In this document: piece after piece, positions 1-9,381 of the stretch
Layout: each line of letters begins with the position of its first letter
Numbering within the stretch: the stretch's first letter is position 1
Source of the DNA: a virus
DNA: 64,000 nucleotides
IMG/VR virus record: IMGVR_UViG_3300032046_000005
Span: 51,633 to 115,632 of that record
Reading direction: 5' to 3' (one strand)
Made by a program: the position numbers and the translations under genes
Notes under the pieces: generated by a model
What the model was told of the DNA's origin: nothing
What the model saw: only the letters and a program-made list of their open reading frames with translations
Database searches by the model: none

Positions 1-342
1 TATTTTAGAACTGATTCTGTTTTTTTTATCATGTTCCAATGGAGAAGGCATTTGTCGTTCGTCGTGAAAGTATGCCAATGCTGTATGAATTGCTCGTAAT
101 TCATCTTCAGTTTTTATTTTCAATTCAATATCCAAGTTTTCTTTTCCAATCTTAACGTTTCCTTTTTCATTTTCCCATTTTATCTTCACATTTGAATTAG
201 GATAGTTCTTTTCGTAATAATCAATAACTTTTAACAAGAATTCTTTCGCTTCGATATCAAGTTTTTGTTCTACATCTTCTCGTTCTTTTTGTTTTACTTC
301 AGAAAGCGATGGGATATATTTGTTCGTTTCGTATTTTTCCAT
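1..342 (-). CDS. hypothetical protein, runs off the left edge (MEKYETNKYIPSLSEV...)
   Basis: Manual translation: ATG at 342 preceded by AAGTGA RBS, open to position 1; not in the ORF track. Confidence 0.7.
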   Translation of the reverse strand, partial: MEKYETNKYIPSLSEVKQKEREDVEQKLDIEAKEFLLKVIDYYEKNYPNSNVKIKWENEKGNVKIGKENLDIELKIKTEDELRAIHTALAYFHDERQMPSPLEHDKKNRISSKI

Positions 343-443
343 GTTATCACTTCATTTTTAAATGTTTTATATATAATATGATACTAAATGTTATATCAAT
401 ATTATATAGTTCATTGTTTCTAAAAAAATTAGTAAAAAAGAAA

Positions 444-1118
444 CTATTTCATATAAAAAAGATTATGCGCTTCTGATTGAGTTCTTCTTGGAATATTGAA
501 ATATTCCATATTATTTCGAATAGTTGTTTCGTTTGTGTTTTTTAACTTAGCAATTTCAATAGCAGATTTTTGATTTTTTTCAAGTGTTCTTTCTTTCATA
601 TTTTTTTCTGTTAGCCAATATAATTCAATTAATTCTTTTTTTGTGAAATTTACACATTCATTTTGTTTCATATATTGTAATTTCTTTGATTCTCTTTGAG
701 TTCTTTCTTTCATGTTAAAATTTTTCATATTTCTTAAAATTGTTTGTTTTGTACAATTTTTAATTTTTCCTATTTCATTGTTTGTTTTCTGATTAATATC
801 TAAAATATTATGTTCCATATTATATTCAGAAATCCAATATAGTTTGATTAATTCTTCTCTTGAAAATAAAAAGATTTTTTTCTTTCTATCATTATGACAT
901 TTATCACATTTTTCTGTATAATCTTTTATATCTCTAGTATATGGATTAGGATGTTTGTTGAATGTCCAACTTGTTCTGACTCTTCTTCCACAAATTTCGC
1001 ATATTCCTTTTCTTGGATAATTTCTATTTAACCATATATGAATTGAATTATTACCTGCTTTATCTCCTTTCCAATTATGGTGGTTTTCTCTATATTTATA
1101 TGACTTTTTCTTAATCAT
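444..1118 (-). CDS. HNH-like zinc-binding endonuclease-related protein with two HTH-type modules
   Basis: NHHNWKGDKAG..IHIWL..CEIC..YTRDIKDY..CDKCH followed by two ELIxLYW..QK..EI.K..N....TI..NM..FN...RT..E repeats; start moved to MIKKKSY because the upstream extension is low complexity. Confidence 0.6.
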   Translation of the reverse strand: MIKKKSYKYRENHHNWKGDKAGNNSIHIWLNRNYPRKGICEICGRRVRTSWTFNKHPNPYTRDIKDYTEKCDKCHNDRKKKIFLFSREELIKLYWISEYNMEHNILDINQKTNNEIGKIKNCTKQTILRNMKNFNMKERTQRESKKLQYMKQNECVNFTKKELIELYWLTEKNMKERTLEKNQKSAIEIAKLKNTNETTIRNNMEYFNIPRRTQSEAHNLFYMK

Positions 1119-1253
1119 ATATATAAAAACAACATCATCTAAGATTAATTTGATGATTATAAAATAAAAATATAAAAAAAAGAAAAAAAATAAAAAAATT
1201 AATTTGGTTCTTTCAAACCAATATTTCAATTAATAGTATTGTTAGAATGCTTC

Positions 1254-2225
1254 CTAAGTTAATGTCAAAGTGCCCGTCCGTTGTATGGCAGTGCTATATC
1301 GTTCAATCAAGCGTCCTGACCATATTAATAACCATTCGTAATATGCATTGTTGGTTCCACCACTATGTTCCATGTGAATCCTAAAAGGATATCCTTGAAC
1401 TAATTCTAAGGTTGGTACAATTCCTCTAGATCCTCTAGCTTCTCGTTGTTTTGGAGCAATCATTGCCATGCGGTATTTAACTCCTGAGTAATCAATGAAG
1501 TTAGGACTTGTTTCCCAATTTTGAATGTATTTCTTTTCGAGTATTCGTTGATGTTCAGTAATACCTACTGTTGAAAAGAAATGGTTTTCTAATTCAGCGT
1601 ATTTTTCTGTAGTTAAGTCTGAGAAAATTGGATATTTTGGCAAGTTATGTCCTGCAGTTAGCAAGGCATTTTTCATTGTAACAATTGTTGCTAAATAGTC
1701 CCCAGCAGTTTGCATGTCATCGTCTCCATCAATTCCTCCAGCAATCGTTGTTCCTCCATTGAATATTCCAGTGAACTCTCCTTTACCTTTGAAAGGATCC
1801 ATAGTTGATACTGGATTTTTCATTTCGTCTCCCCAAGCTAAAAATTGATCTACTTGGTTAACCATCACGGGAATAGTTCTCTTGACTGTTTCTTTTATCA
1901 AATCTCCATTAATCAATTGATTGTTTTTAAATTTATCAACATCTTGTAAGGAAATCTGAACTTTACAAGCCAAGTAAAGTAATCCAATTGTGGTCTCGCC
2001 GAAACGAGGTACGATTATGTTAGCATCGTGTATTGAACTTGACATCTGTGCTCCATCTGGTTTCTTCCAATCAAAGTATGTGAGTTTATCTATACCTTCT
2101 CCTATGTTTCTTACTAATCCATTCGTATTAAAAAAGTTCCATAATGTCGGTTGTACAAGAACGAATTCCCATACATACTTTTCTATCGTTTTGGATAGTA
2201 ATTCATTAAACATTTCGCCTACCAT
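1254..2225 (-). CDS. major capsid protein (HK97 fold, DUF2184/linocin-M18-like)
   Basis: 323 aa; last gene of the protease-scaffold-decoration-MCP order; FLAWGD...FTGIFN motif. Confidence 0.8.
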   Translation of the reverse strand: MVGEMFNELLSKTIEKYVWEFVLVQPTLWNFFNTNGLVRNIGEGIDKLTYFDWKKPDGAQMSSSIHDANIIVPRFGETTIGLLYLACKVQISLQDVDKFKNNQLINGDLIKETVKRTIPVMVNQVDQFLAWGDEMKNPVSTMDPFKGKGEFTGIFNGGTTIAGGIDGDDDMQTAGDYLATIVTMKNALLTAGHNLPKYPIFSDLTTEKYAELENHFFSTVGITEHQRILEKKYIQNWETSPNFIDYSGVKYRMAMIAPKQREARGSRGIVPTLELVQGYPFRIHMEHSGGTNNAYYEWLLIWSGRLIERYSTAIQRTGTLTLT

Positions 2226-2229
2226 GTGT

Positions 2230-2721
2230 TTAGTTCTTCACCCATCTGGCATAAAAGTATTTTCGAGTAGCGCTTGCACCTGTTACGGCTTCTAAAGCAA
2301 TCATTTGAAAGTTATCGTTTGTATCTGCAACGGCAAACACTCCATCAACGCATTTGAGTTTATTCCCTTTCGCAATTGTAGTATTCGTTTCAGATAAAAC
2401 AAGAATATCTATTCCTTGTTTTGGAACTCCTACACGAATCCACGAATTATCAGCAAAGGGATGATCATAGTCTCTATAAAATATTCCAGTTGCATCAATT
2501 GTTTCTACTTGTGGCATATATTGTAATGCAAATCCAAAAATAGCTTCATTTTCTCCACATAAATCGATATCAGATTGTCCTGCTTCGCCATATTCTGTCA
2601 CAGCCATACCAATTGCTATATCAGAACCAGTACATTGTCTATCAACCACTCTTTCCCATTGTCCCTTATAAAGTAAAGTACTAATTGCTAAACCTATAAG
2701 AGTCGTTCCTAATGATACCAT
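2230..2721 (-). CDS. capsid decoration/cement protein
   Basis: 163 aa, Gly/Ala-rich beta-type sequence, located between scaffold and MCP. Confidence 0.6.
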   Translation of the reverse strand: MVSLGTTLIGLAISTLLYKGQWERVVDRQCTGSDIAIGMAVTEYGEAGQSDIDLCGENEAIFGFALQYMPQVETIDATGIFYRDYDHPFADNSWIRVGVPKQGIDILVLSETNTTIAKGNKLKCVDGVFAVADTNDNFQMIALEAVTGASATRKYFYARWVKN

Positions 2722-2727
2722 TTTTTA

Positions 2728-3930
2728 TTATGCCTCTAGAAAGTAACGTTTTTTCATATCATCTGCCATAGATTTGAAGTCTTCTTCCTTTAATTCCGGT
2801 TCGATAAGATCTTCAGTATCTCTTTTGATTGCCATTTCAAATCGTTTTTCTAATTTTTCTAGTTCTTGAATCGAATCGTTTTTCAACTCTTCTACAGGAA
2901 TTTGAAAATCGTTAGAAATTCTTTTTACGATTTCTTGTCGTTTAGCTTCTTTTTCTTTAGTTTCTTTTTCGTCAACTTTAGCCTTGAATGCAAGAAAGTC
3001 TTTTTTGAACGAATCTAATTCTTTATCAGCTTTTTCTTTATCAGCTTTTAAGGTTTTTAATTCTTCATATTTTGATTTCAAGAAATCGTATTCTTTAGCG
3101 CACACTTCAACAGTGTCACCTTTTTCTTTCTTTTCTCCAGGTTTTTCAGTTTCTGGTTCTTCCTCTTCTTCTTCCTCTTCTTTTTCAGGTTCTTTTTCTT
3201 CTTTAGTCATGTCTTTCTTTTCAGGTTCTTTTTCTTCTTTAATATCGCTTGTATTCGTATTTTCTGATCCTTGTTTTTTCATTTTACTTTTCACTTCTTT
3301 CGCACACTGCTCCCTAGACTTTTTGGTTTGTTCCATGCATTGGGAAATTCTTCGTTCCATCATTGCCGTGGAACCATCCGGTTTAGTCTCGGAAGTTTGT
3401 GTCATTTCGAAATCCGTTTTACTTTCGCCTTTTGTTTCATTCTTAATAGCGTTTGTTTCGTTTTTACTCAAATTCGAATCGTCAACAATTCCATCTATTT
3501 CATCAAGCAACATGTCATCGGTAAAGTCTTTCTTACCTCTCATTGTCTTGAAAGCTTTAGCAAGTTTTGCTTTTGCTTGAATTGATTTACTATCTGAATT
3601 CAATCCAGCTTCTATGCATTTATCGCCTACTTTACCATCCTTTCCCATCAAACCTTTCGATTTACACCAAACTCTAAACGAACCTGGTTCTTTTACGGTT
3701 TCAGAAGGCAATGTTTCAGATTCAGAATCTTCGGAATTATCTTGTTCGTTCTCGTTAATAATATTGCTCAAATCTTTAGTTTCGATCACATCATCAGATT
3801 GACAATTGCAATCTTCAGTAGTATCTTCTTTCTTGAGATCCAACTTGTATATTTCATCGTCTTTGTCAACATAGTAAAGATCGTTCTCTACTTGGTAAAA
3901 ACGATGTTCTGAGTCTTTTACTTCAGACAT
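2728..3930 (-). CDS. capsid scaffolding protein
   Basis: Highly charged E/K-rich protein with C-terminal coiled coil, located between protease and decoration/MCP genes. Confidence 0.65.
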   Translation of the reverse strand: MSEVKDSEHRFYQVENDLYYVDKDDEIYKLDLKKEDTTEDCNCQSDDVIETKDLSNIINENEQDNSEDSESETLPSETVKEPGSFRVWCKSKGLMGKDGKVGDKCIEAGLNSDSKSIQAKAKLAKAFKTMRGKKDFTDDMLLDEIDGIVDDSNLSKNETNAIKNETKGESKTDFEMTQTSETKPDGSTAMMERRISQCMEQTKKSREQCAKEVKSKMKKQGSENTNTSDIKEEKEPEKKDMTKEEKEPEKEEEEEEEEPETEKPGEKKEKGDTVEVCAKEYDFLKSKYEELKTLKADKEKADKELDSFKKDFLAFKAKVDEKETKEKEAKRQEIVKRISNDFQIPVEELKNDSIQELEKLEKRFEMAIKRDTEDLIEPELKEEDFKSMADDMKKRYFLEA

Positions 3931-4177
3931 TTATTTTTTGTCTTTTGGTTATTTAAAACAAATAGTATATTGTTATAAATAGATAATAATTTGTTTATAT
4001 CTAATAGATTAATTGATTTTTTTTGTTCTTTTTTTCGTTTGAAATAGATTTTTTCAAGTTACAAAGATCTTTTTCAGTTGTATCAAGACTTTTTTCGATT
4101 GAATCTCGAATCGTTATTTCTTGTTCGCGCATATAAATATATTAATACTTTTTTTAATCTAATATTTTTATTATTGA

Positions 4178-5014
4178 TTAATTATTAATGGTTTTTTTTA
4201 CGCTTACAACACACGGTATGCCATTAGCGGTCGAGCAGCGATCCAAATCGGCGTTGGAGAGCGAAATTGCGAGGTGATCCAAATAAAGGATTTTCTGAAT
4301 TCCGTTTTCAACTTCATCCTTAAACCCAATGCTCACATTATAACCACCTCTTTTCGGATTGAGTAAATCTGTTACTTCGGCTATGTTTTTAAACATTACA
4401 ACATCTCCATACATTACTTCTTTTTCATCATCAGGAGACCAGTTTGCAGCATAGCCAATGACTTCTGCAGCGTGGGCATTTTTTTCTATTGATCCTTTTA
4501 ATGGAATATAATCAGTTTTTCCAAATACATCTTTGATATTATTCCATTCTTTCTTCAATATTATTTTTTGTCCGTCTTTTGTGTATTCAAATTCATTTGC
4601 TCGTGTAAGAATTCCATGTAAAACTGTGAAGTCCTCGTTCATTTTCTCGTTGAAGTCTTTCGTGATGTCGTTGAACGTGTCAATTTCAACGAAGTCTTCG
4701 GTCATATTATCAACGAAATCTTTTCTTGCACATTCGTCTCTACAAATTTCTTGTAAATCGCTCAAGAAATGTGTAAATTCTTTTTGTAAATTTAGATCAT
4801 TTTTAATTTCATCCCAATCGAGATGAAGTAAAGTATCATTATATACATCTATCGTTTCTCTTAAATCTTCAAGAAATATTTTGCTTTCTCCTCTCACATG
4901 TTCTTTTACTGAATGTTCGATTCCTTTTTTTGATGTTCGCTCATATTCAGAAACAGGATAATCTTCAGTAAAATCATTAATATTTCCAATGCATTTAGCG
5001 ATTATCTTTTTCAT
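4178..5014 (-). CDS. prohead maturation protease (DUF2213-like)
   Basis: ILTRANEFEY, H, VSIGF and LDHLAI...DRC motifs; acidic N-terminal propeptide; head operon position. Confidence 0.7.
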   Translation of the reverse strand: MKKIIAKCIGNINDFTEDYPVSEYERTSKKGIEHSVKEHVRGESKIFLEDLRETIDVYNDTLLHLDWDEIKNDLNLQKEFTHFLSDLQEICRDECARKDFVDNMTEDFVEIDTFNDITKDFNEKMNEDFTVLHGILTRANEFEYTKDGQKIILKKEWNNIKDVFGKTDYIPLKGSIEKNAHAAEVIGYAANWSPDDEKEVMYGDVVMFKNIAEVTDLLNPKRGGYNVSIGFKDEVENGIQKILYLDHLAISLSNADLDRCSTANGIPCVVSVKKTINN

Positions 5015-5015
5015 A

Positions 5016-5135
5016 TTATTTCATTACACTGTATATATTATGTGAATTATCAGGTTTTTTCTTTATGCACGATCTTCCTTCGTAATGAACTCGACCACAT
5101 TTTCTGCATTCTTTTTTTATTGTTGCTTTTTCCAT
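5016..5135 (-). CDS. small Zn-knuckle protein (MEKATIKKECRKCGRVHYEGRSC...)
   Basis: Manual translation, 39 aa, CxxC-x3-H-x5-C; abuts the protease start. Confidence 0.45.
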   Translation of the reverse strand: MEKATIKKECRKCGRVHYEGRSCIKKKPDNSHNIYSVMK

Positions 5136-5325
5136 TTTTACATCTTCATTTTTTTGTTAATTTTTAAATGATTTTTAATTACTAATAATTTAATTCTTTT
5201 TATCTTCAACATCAACAATTCTTGCAATTCCCATCTTGACTAATTGTTGAGCTTGTTCTTCAGTAATATCTTTTTCAATTATTGCTGAATCAAAAAAGAT
5301 TTTATCGTTTTCTTTAAACTTGATT

Positions 5326-7749
5326 TCAATTATTCTTTTCATATTTTTTCATTCTTTCTCTAAAAAATTTACTTATTTCCGGAAAGTATTGGTATTGTTT
5401 TTTATTTTCTTTCCAACTTTCCCAAATATATAAAGGTTTTTTTACTTCATAATATCGTTTAAAACTTTCAGCAAACAATTCTTGAACATCGTTAGCTTCA
5501 TATCTCAATCCTTCAGCCATATTTTTTTTATATTCGTATTCAAAACTTCCTTTTTTATCATCTGCTTCTTTTTCCCAAATATCAGCATCATGTAACATTA
5601 TTTTTTTGTATTTTTTATGAATGCTTTTAAAGATTTCTTGATCGTGCAGAGTTAATCCATACCAAACCGAATGTCCAAGTTCGTGTCTAGTAGTTGATGG
5701 CATTGCTTTTCTGTTTAATATTATATTATTGTTTCCAATCAAATAAACTCCTTCAATATCGTTATATTTTCTAGTCCAACCAACTTTTTTATATGCTTCT
5801 GGAACTTTTCCATTGTCATCTTTCATATTTGGGTCATCAGTTATTTGGTTATAAACTCTTACCTCATTTACCATTGCTTTTAATCGAAACGGAAAACTTC
5901 TGATTGTTTCGTCAATTACTCGAATTTCCCAAGGATCTCTCGTTAAATCTATGTTTTTATCAACCTTCAAACTTAATTCTGATTTTTGGTAAGGTTCGTC
6001 TGAAAAATAACCTTTATACAATATTGCATTCAATTCTTCTGGAGTATAATATTTTGGTTTAGGAGGATTTCTAATCTTGTATAAATGTTGCCTTCCTACG
6101 GTTGAATTGAACCAATGATATGATTGACAAAATGTGCAAAAATATTTACGTTTCAAATCTTCGGTTAAATCGTTAAAATCATTCAATTGCAAAACATTGA
6201 ATTCATGAAAGTCAATGCGGGGCAATCCCAACACTCCTCCACCAGTTCTAAATCCTTTAATCTTCATTTCTCTCATTCCTTCTCTTGCTTGAAGCCATTT
6301 TTCGACTCTTGAACCAATGTCGGGATTTTGAGTTGGATTAGGAGTTGTTCGTTTCATTTGTCTTACAATTTCGTCAAACTTCTTGACTCTTGTAACGGGA
6401 ACTCGATTCGAAACCGTGTATGGAACTAATGATGCTGTTGTTCCTCCAATCGTTTTAATTTCTGGATGAAAATATGCGGGACCTAATTTTGATGATGTTA
6501 CTTTTTCTCCTGCTTGATGTCCTCTAAGATTTTTCCACACCCAACGACCAGGAGAACCGCTTTTAAGAAGGGATTTCCACGCTTCTTCTGCTACTTCTGG
6601 AGATTGGAATTTATATCGATATGTTCTTTGAGGAGTTAACCCTTTTGGGTGAAATTGAACAAGTAATTCGTTATTGAATTGTCCTCCAGCTTTAACGTTT
6701 GTACTTGAAACAGGAGTGAGTTGTTTTGTGTATTTTTCGAGGTTTTCTAGTATTTCTCCTTGAATTTCAGCGCCAGTTTCTGTATTGGTTAACGAAAATG
6801 GAACAGTTATACTTTGAACTGGTCCAACTTCAAATGCTTCCTCGCCAAGTTGTGATCGAATCGATTTACCAACGGTCGTTCGTTTAGCTCCAGAAATCAT
6901 TGCACTAGGAGTTCCTTTCTTCAAACCTCTTATGTCTTCAGTGAAATCGTTTATTGTGTCAAATGTGTTTGCAATGTCTTCTAATGTTTCGCTTAATGAT
7001 TTAGGTAAGGGATAATCTTCAACAAAATTATAAGCAATTATTCCTTTTTTGAGATAATAATCATTAAATGTTTTTGAAGCAAATGCTTTATCAATAACAA
7101 GAGTTGGAATATTCAACAATCTTGCTAAAGTAATATCTCCTCTTCGTAAAAGATCAATATCTTTCCAATCTTTTCTGGCTTTTTCTTTTACTGAAATAAT
7201 TAATGGACTAATTCTTTTTGAACTTTCTATGATATCATACTTATCTCCATAAAATTCTTTCAAAAATATATCTTTATCTAATTTTTCAATTTCTTTTATT
7301 AGATTTTCAGCAACTCCTTCAAAAGTTTCTGGAGGCAAATCTTTTATATCAACTTGTTTAGATAAAGTAGGAATTCCTATTGATTGTAAATAACAATCAA
7401 AACCTATAACTCCTATATTTGTTTCAAGAGCTTTTTTTAATTGTCTTCCACAAATTTCACATTTTGCGTGATATTCTTTTTTTATGATAATTTTATTTAC
7501 TTTTATATTTTGTTTATTCTTTATAAGTTCTTTGTCTTTTTCAACTTTTTCTTTTTTATATTCTTCGAGTTTAATGATTTTGTTCTGTAATTGATTATGT
7601 AAATGTTCTTTACCAACATCAGAATCAAAGTAATGATTAGACTTGCAGATGTTACAAAAATATGTATTCTTGTTATCTAGAGCAATTTCTCCAATGCTTT
7701 CTAGATGTATTGGTTTATAAACTTTCATTATCTCGTAAATTTCCCACAC
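5326..7749 (-). CDS. polyvalent head-associated protein: Zn fingers, DUF6011-like finger, KTSC domain, zincin (HExxH) metallopeptidase
   Basis: SSTNVK..ELLVQF..TYRY..WKSLLKSGSPGRWVWKNLRG (KTSC-like); RHELGH...ELFAESF (zincin); CEICGRQL..G.IG.DC; true start may be the ATG at 7728. Confidence 0.65.
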   Translation of the reverse strand: MWEIYEIMKVYKPIHLESIGEIALDNKNTYFCNICKSNHYFDSDVGKEHLHNQLQNKIIKLEEYKKEKVEKDKELIKNKQNIKVNKIIIKKEYHAKCEICGRQLKKALETNIGVIGFDCYLQSIGIPTLSKQVDIKDLPPETFEGVAENLIKEIEKLDKDIFLKEFYGDKYDIIESSKRISPLIISVKEKARKDWKDIDLLRRGDITLARLLNIPTLVIDKAFASKTFNDYYLKKGIIAYNFVEDYPLPKSLSETLEDIANTFDTINDFTEDIRGLKKGTPSAMISGAKRTTVGKSIRSQLGEEAFEVGPVQSITVPFSLTNTETGAEIQGEILENLEKYTKQLTPVSSTNVKAGGQFNNELLVQFHPKGLTPQRTYRYKFQSPEVAEEAWKSLLKSGSPGRWVWKNLRGHQAGEKVTSSKLGPAYFHPEIKTIGGTTASLVPYTVSNRVPVTRVKKFDEIVRQMKRTTPNPTQNPDIGSRVEKWLQAREGMREMKIKGFRTGGGVLGLPRIDFHEFNVLQLNDFNDLTEDLKRKYFCTFCQSYHWFNSTVGRQHLYKIRNPPKPKYYTPEELNAILYKGYFSDEPYQKSELSLKVDKNIDLTRDPWEIRVIDETIRSFPFRLKAMVNEVRVYNQITDDPNMKDDNGKVPEAYKKVGWTRKYNDIEGVYLIGNNNIILNRKAMPSTTRHELGHSVWYGLTLHDQEIFKSIHKKYKKIMLHDADIWEKEADDKKGSFEYEYKKNMAEGLRYEANDVQELFAESFKRYYEVKKPLYIWESWKENKKQYQYFPEISKFFRERMKKYEKNN

Positions 7750-9307
7750 GAATCATTTTCACTTTCTTGAAATCTTTCTTATTTTTTGGTTCGAGAATCG
7801 TTTGAACCTTGAACTTGCCGTTCACGCGACAACCAACTGCTTTTTTACCTTTTCCAATGTTGAATGTTCGATATGTACCTTCTTCACATTCAGAAGGATC
7901 AAACTGTTGTTTTCGTATGAAGTTTTCAGTTTCGTGAATTTTTATCGTGTCTTTTGCAAATTTATGTTTGGCTCTTTCCTTTTCTTCCTCATATTCCATT
8001 TTCTGATGCTGTTTATGAGTTTCTTTATCAAGTTTTTCAAATTTTTTAGTTAATTTTGGATTATGGACAATTTCTTCTTTTGTTTCTCCTTTAATTCCTT
8101 GTAATTCGTTCATTTCTCTTTCCAATTTCTTGATTTCGTGAATCAATCGAACTCTTTTTTCTATTTTCAAGTTTTTAGCTTTTTTGATTCTTTCATAATA
8201 TTTAGCAAATGGAACGAGTGTTTTTTTCTTATGCGCTATGATATCCATCAAGATCATTATCAGTTCTTTAAGAACACTCTTAATGTTTGGATCGTTATCA
8301 GATAAGTGTCGTAATGTATCAACGCGTTTGTTAACTGCCTCTTGTTTTCTTTTCACGCGATAATTTTTCCATTCTTGATCTTTTTCTTTCTTTATTGATT
8401 CTTTTTTTGGATGTTCTTTATTGTGTTCTGATTCTGCTCGTTCTCGTTCGTATCCGGTTTGTTCGATCAACTTTTGAACTCCTTTTTCGCGTTCAGAAAG
8501 TTCTTTTTCTTTCTTGGTTGGTTTTTTAGGTTGTTTTGGTTCACTTGGTTCTTTCTTAATTACTTTCTTTTTCTTTACTTTTTCTTCTTTCAAGCCTTCG
8601 TAAAACTTTTTCTTGCTTTCTTCTTTTTCTCGTGGCGTTCTTTCCTTTTCCTTGTTTGCTATAAAGTTCTTAATTGCCTGTGCTTGAGTCTCTCCTTCGT
8701 TCATGCACACGTGTGTTCCTCTTATGGTTATCCAGTTGCATTTCGATGCGTCAAAATCTGTTTTTGATTCAAAAACATTATTGATTTGCCATAAATTATT
8801 TTTTGGTAATTTGATTTTTGAAAATGCTTTAAATATGACTGCATATCTTATACTATCTTTATCTTCATCTACTTTTTGAAATTCAATGTTCTTAATATCT
8901 TGTTTTGCAAGTTCATGTTCAAATTCTTCTTCATGACCTTTATCAATCCACACATCAATTTCTGTTTCTTTAAGTTCTTTTTTTTGTTTAACCAACTGTC
9001 TTTTTTCTCGTTGTTTTTCGAGTATTTCTCCTGTTTTTTCCCAAGACTGTTTCCATTCTGGTTGATTGTATTGTTCAAGTGATTTTTGACTCTTGTTCAA
9101 ATGTTCTCTTCCTTTTTCAGAATCATAAAAATGATTGCTTTTACATATGTTGCAATAATAAGTATTTTTATTATCTTCCACAAAATCCTCGTCAAGATCC
9201 TTGAACACTTCCTCAAGCAAATCGCGCTCGTCAAAATCTGGATGTATTTTCTTTAATTCGTTGTATTTCCGAATTATCGTTTCGTGTTTGAAATCTGTTT
9301 CTAACAT
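7715..9307 (-). CDS. multi-domain head-associated protein
   Basis: Same CNICKSNH Zn finger as its neighbour; WITIRGTHV motif; C-terminal ETENFIRKQQFDP..YRT..KAV..Q domain reminiscent of phage head proteins; K/E-rich linkers. Confidence 0.55.
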   Translation of the reverse strand: MLETDFKHETIIRKYNELKKIHPDFDERDLLEEVFKDLDEDFVEDNKNTYYCNICKSNHFYDSEKGREHLNKSQKSLEQYNQPEWKQSWEKTGEILEKQREKRQLVKQKKELKETEIDVWIDKGHEEEFEHELAKQDIKNIEFQKVDEDKDSIRYAVIFKAFSKIKLPKNNLWQINNVFESKTDFDASKCNWITIRGTHVCMNEGETQAQAIKNFIANKEKERTPREKEESKKKFYEGLKEEKVKKKKVIKKEPSEPKQPKKPTKKEKELSEREKGVQKLIEQTGYERERAESEHNKEHPKKESIKKEKDQEWKNYRVKRKQEAVNKRVDTLRHLSDNDPNIKSVLKELIMILMDIIAHKKKTLVPFAKYYERIKKAKNLKIEKRVRLIHEIKKLEREMNELQGIKGETKEEIVHNPKLTKKFEKLDKETHKQHQKMEYEEEKERAKHKFAKDTIKIHETENFIRKQQFDPSECEEGTYRTFNIGKGKKAVGCRVNGKFKVQTILEPKNKKDFKKVKMIRVGNLRDNESL

Positions 9308-9381
9308 TATAAGTGTAAAATTTTAACAATAAAATATTTTAATGATAATAAGTAAGAATATTGAAACTAATATTTTTATCA

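Noticed and set aside
1119-1229. N-terminal extension of ORF 444..1229 (and likewise 50821..51024 of ORF 50821..52107)
   Set aside because: Poly-F/low-complexity translation of terminator and promoter tracts; a downstream ATG fits better
1254-2225. Cellular encapsulin/bacteriocin reading of the MCP
   Set aside because: Context with protease, scaffold, decoration protein, portal and terminase indicates a viral capsid
2984-3802. Plus-strand ORFs opposite the scaffold, and similar antisense ORFs throughout (for example 8459, 12306, 31484, 46827, 59423)
   Set aside because: F/S/L-rich shadows of K/E-rich genes on the other strand
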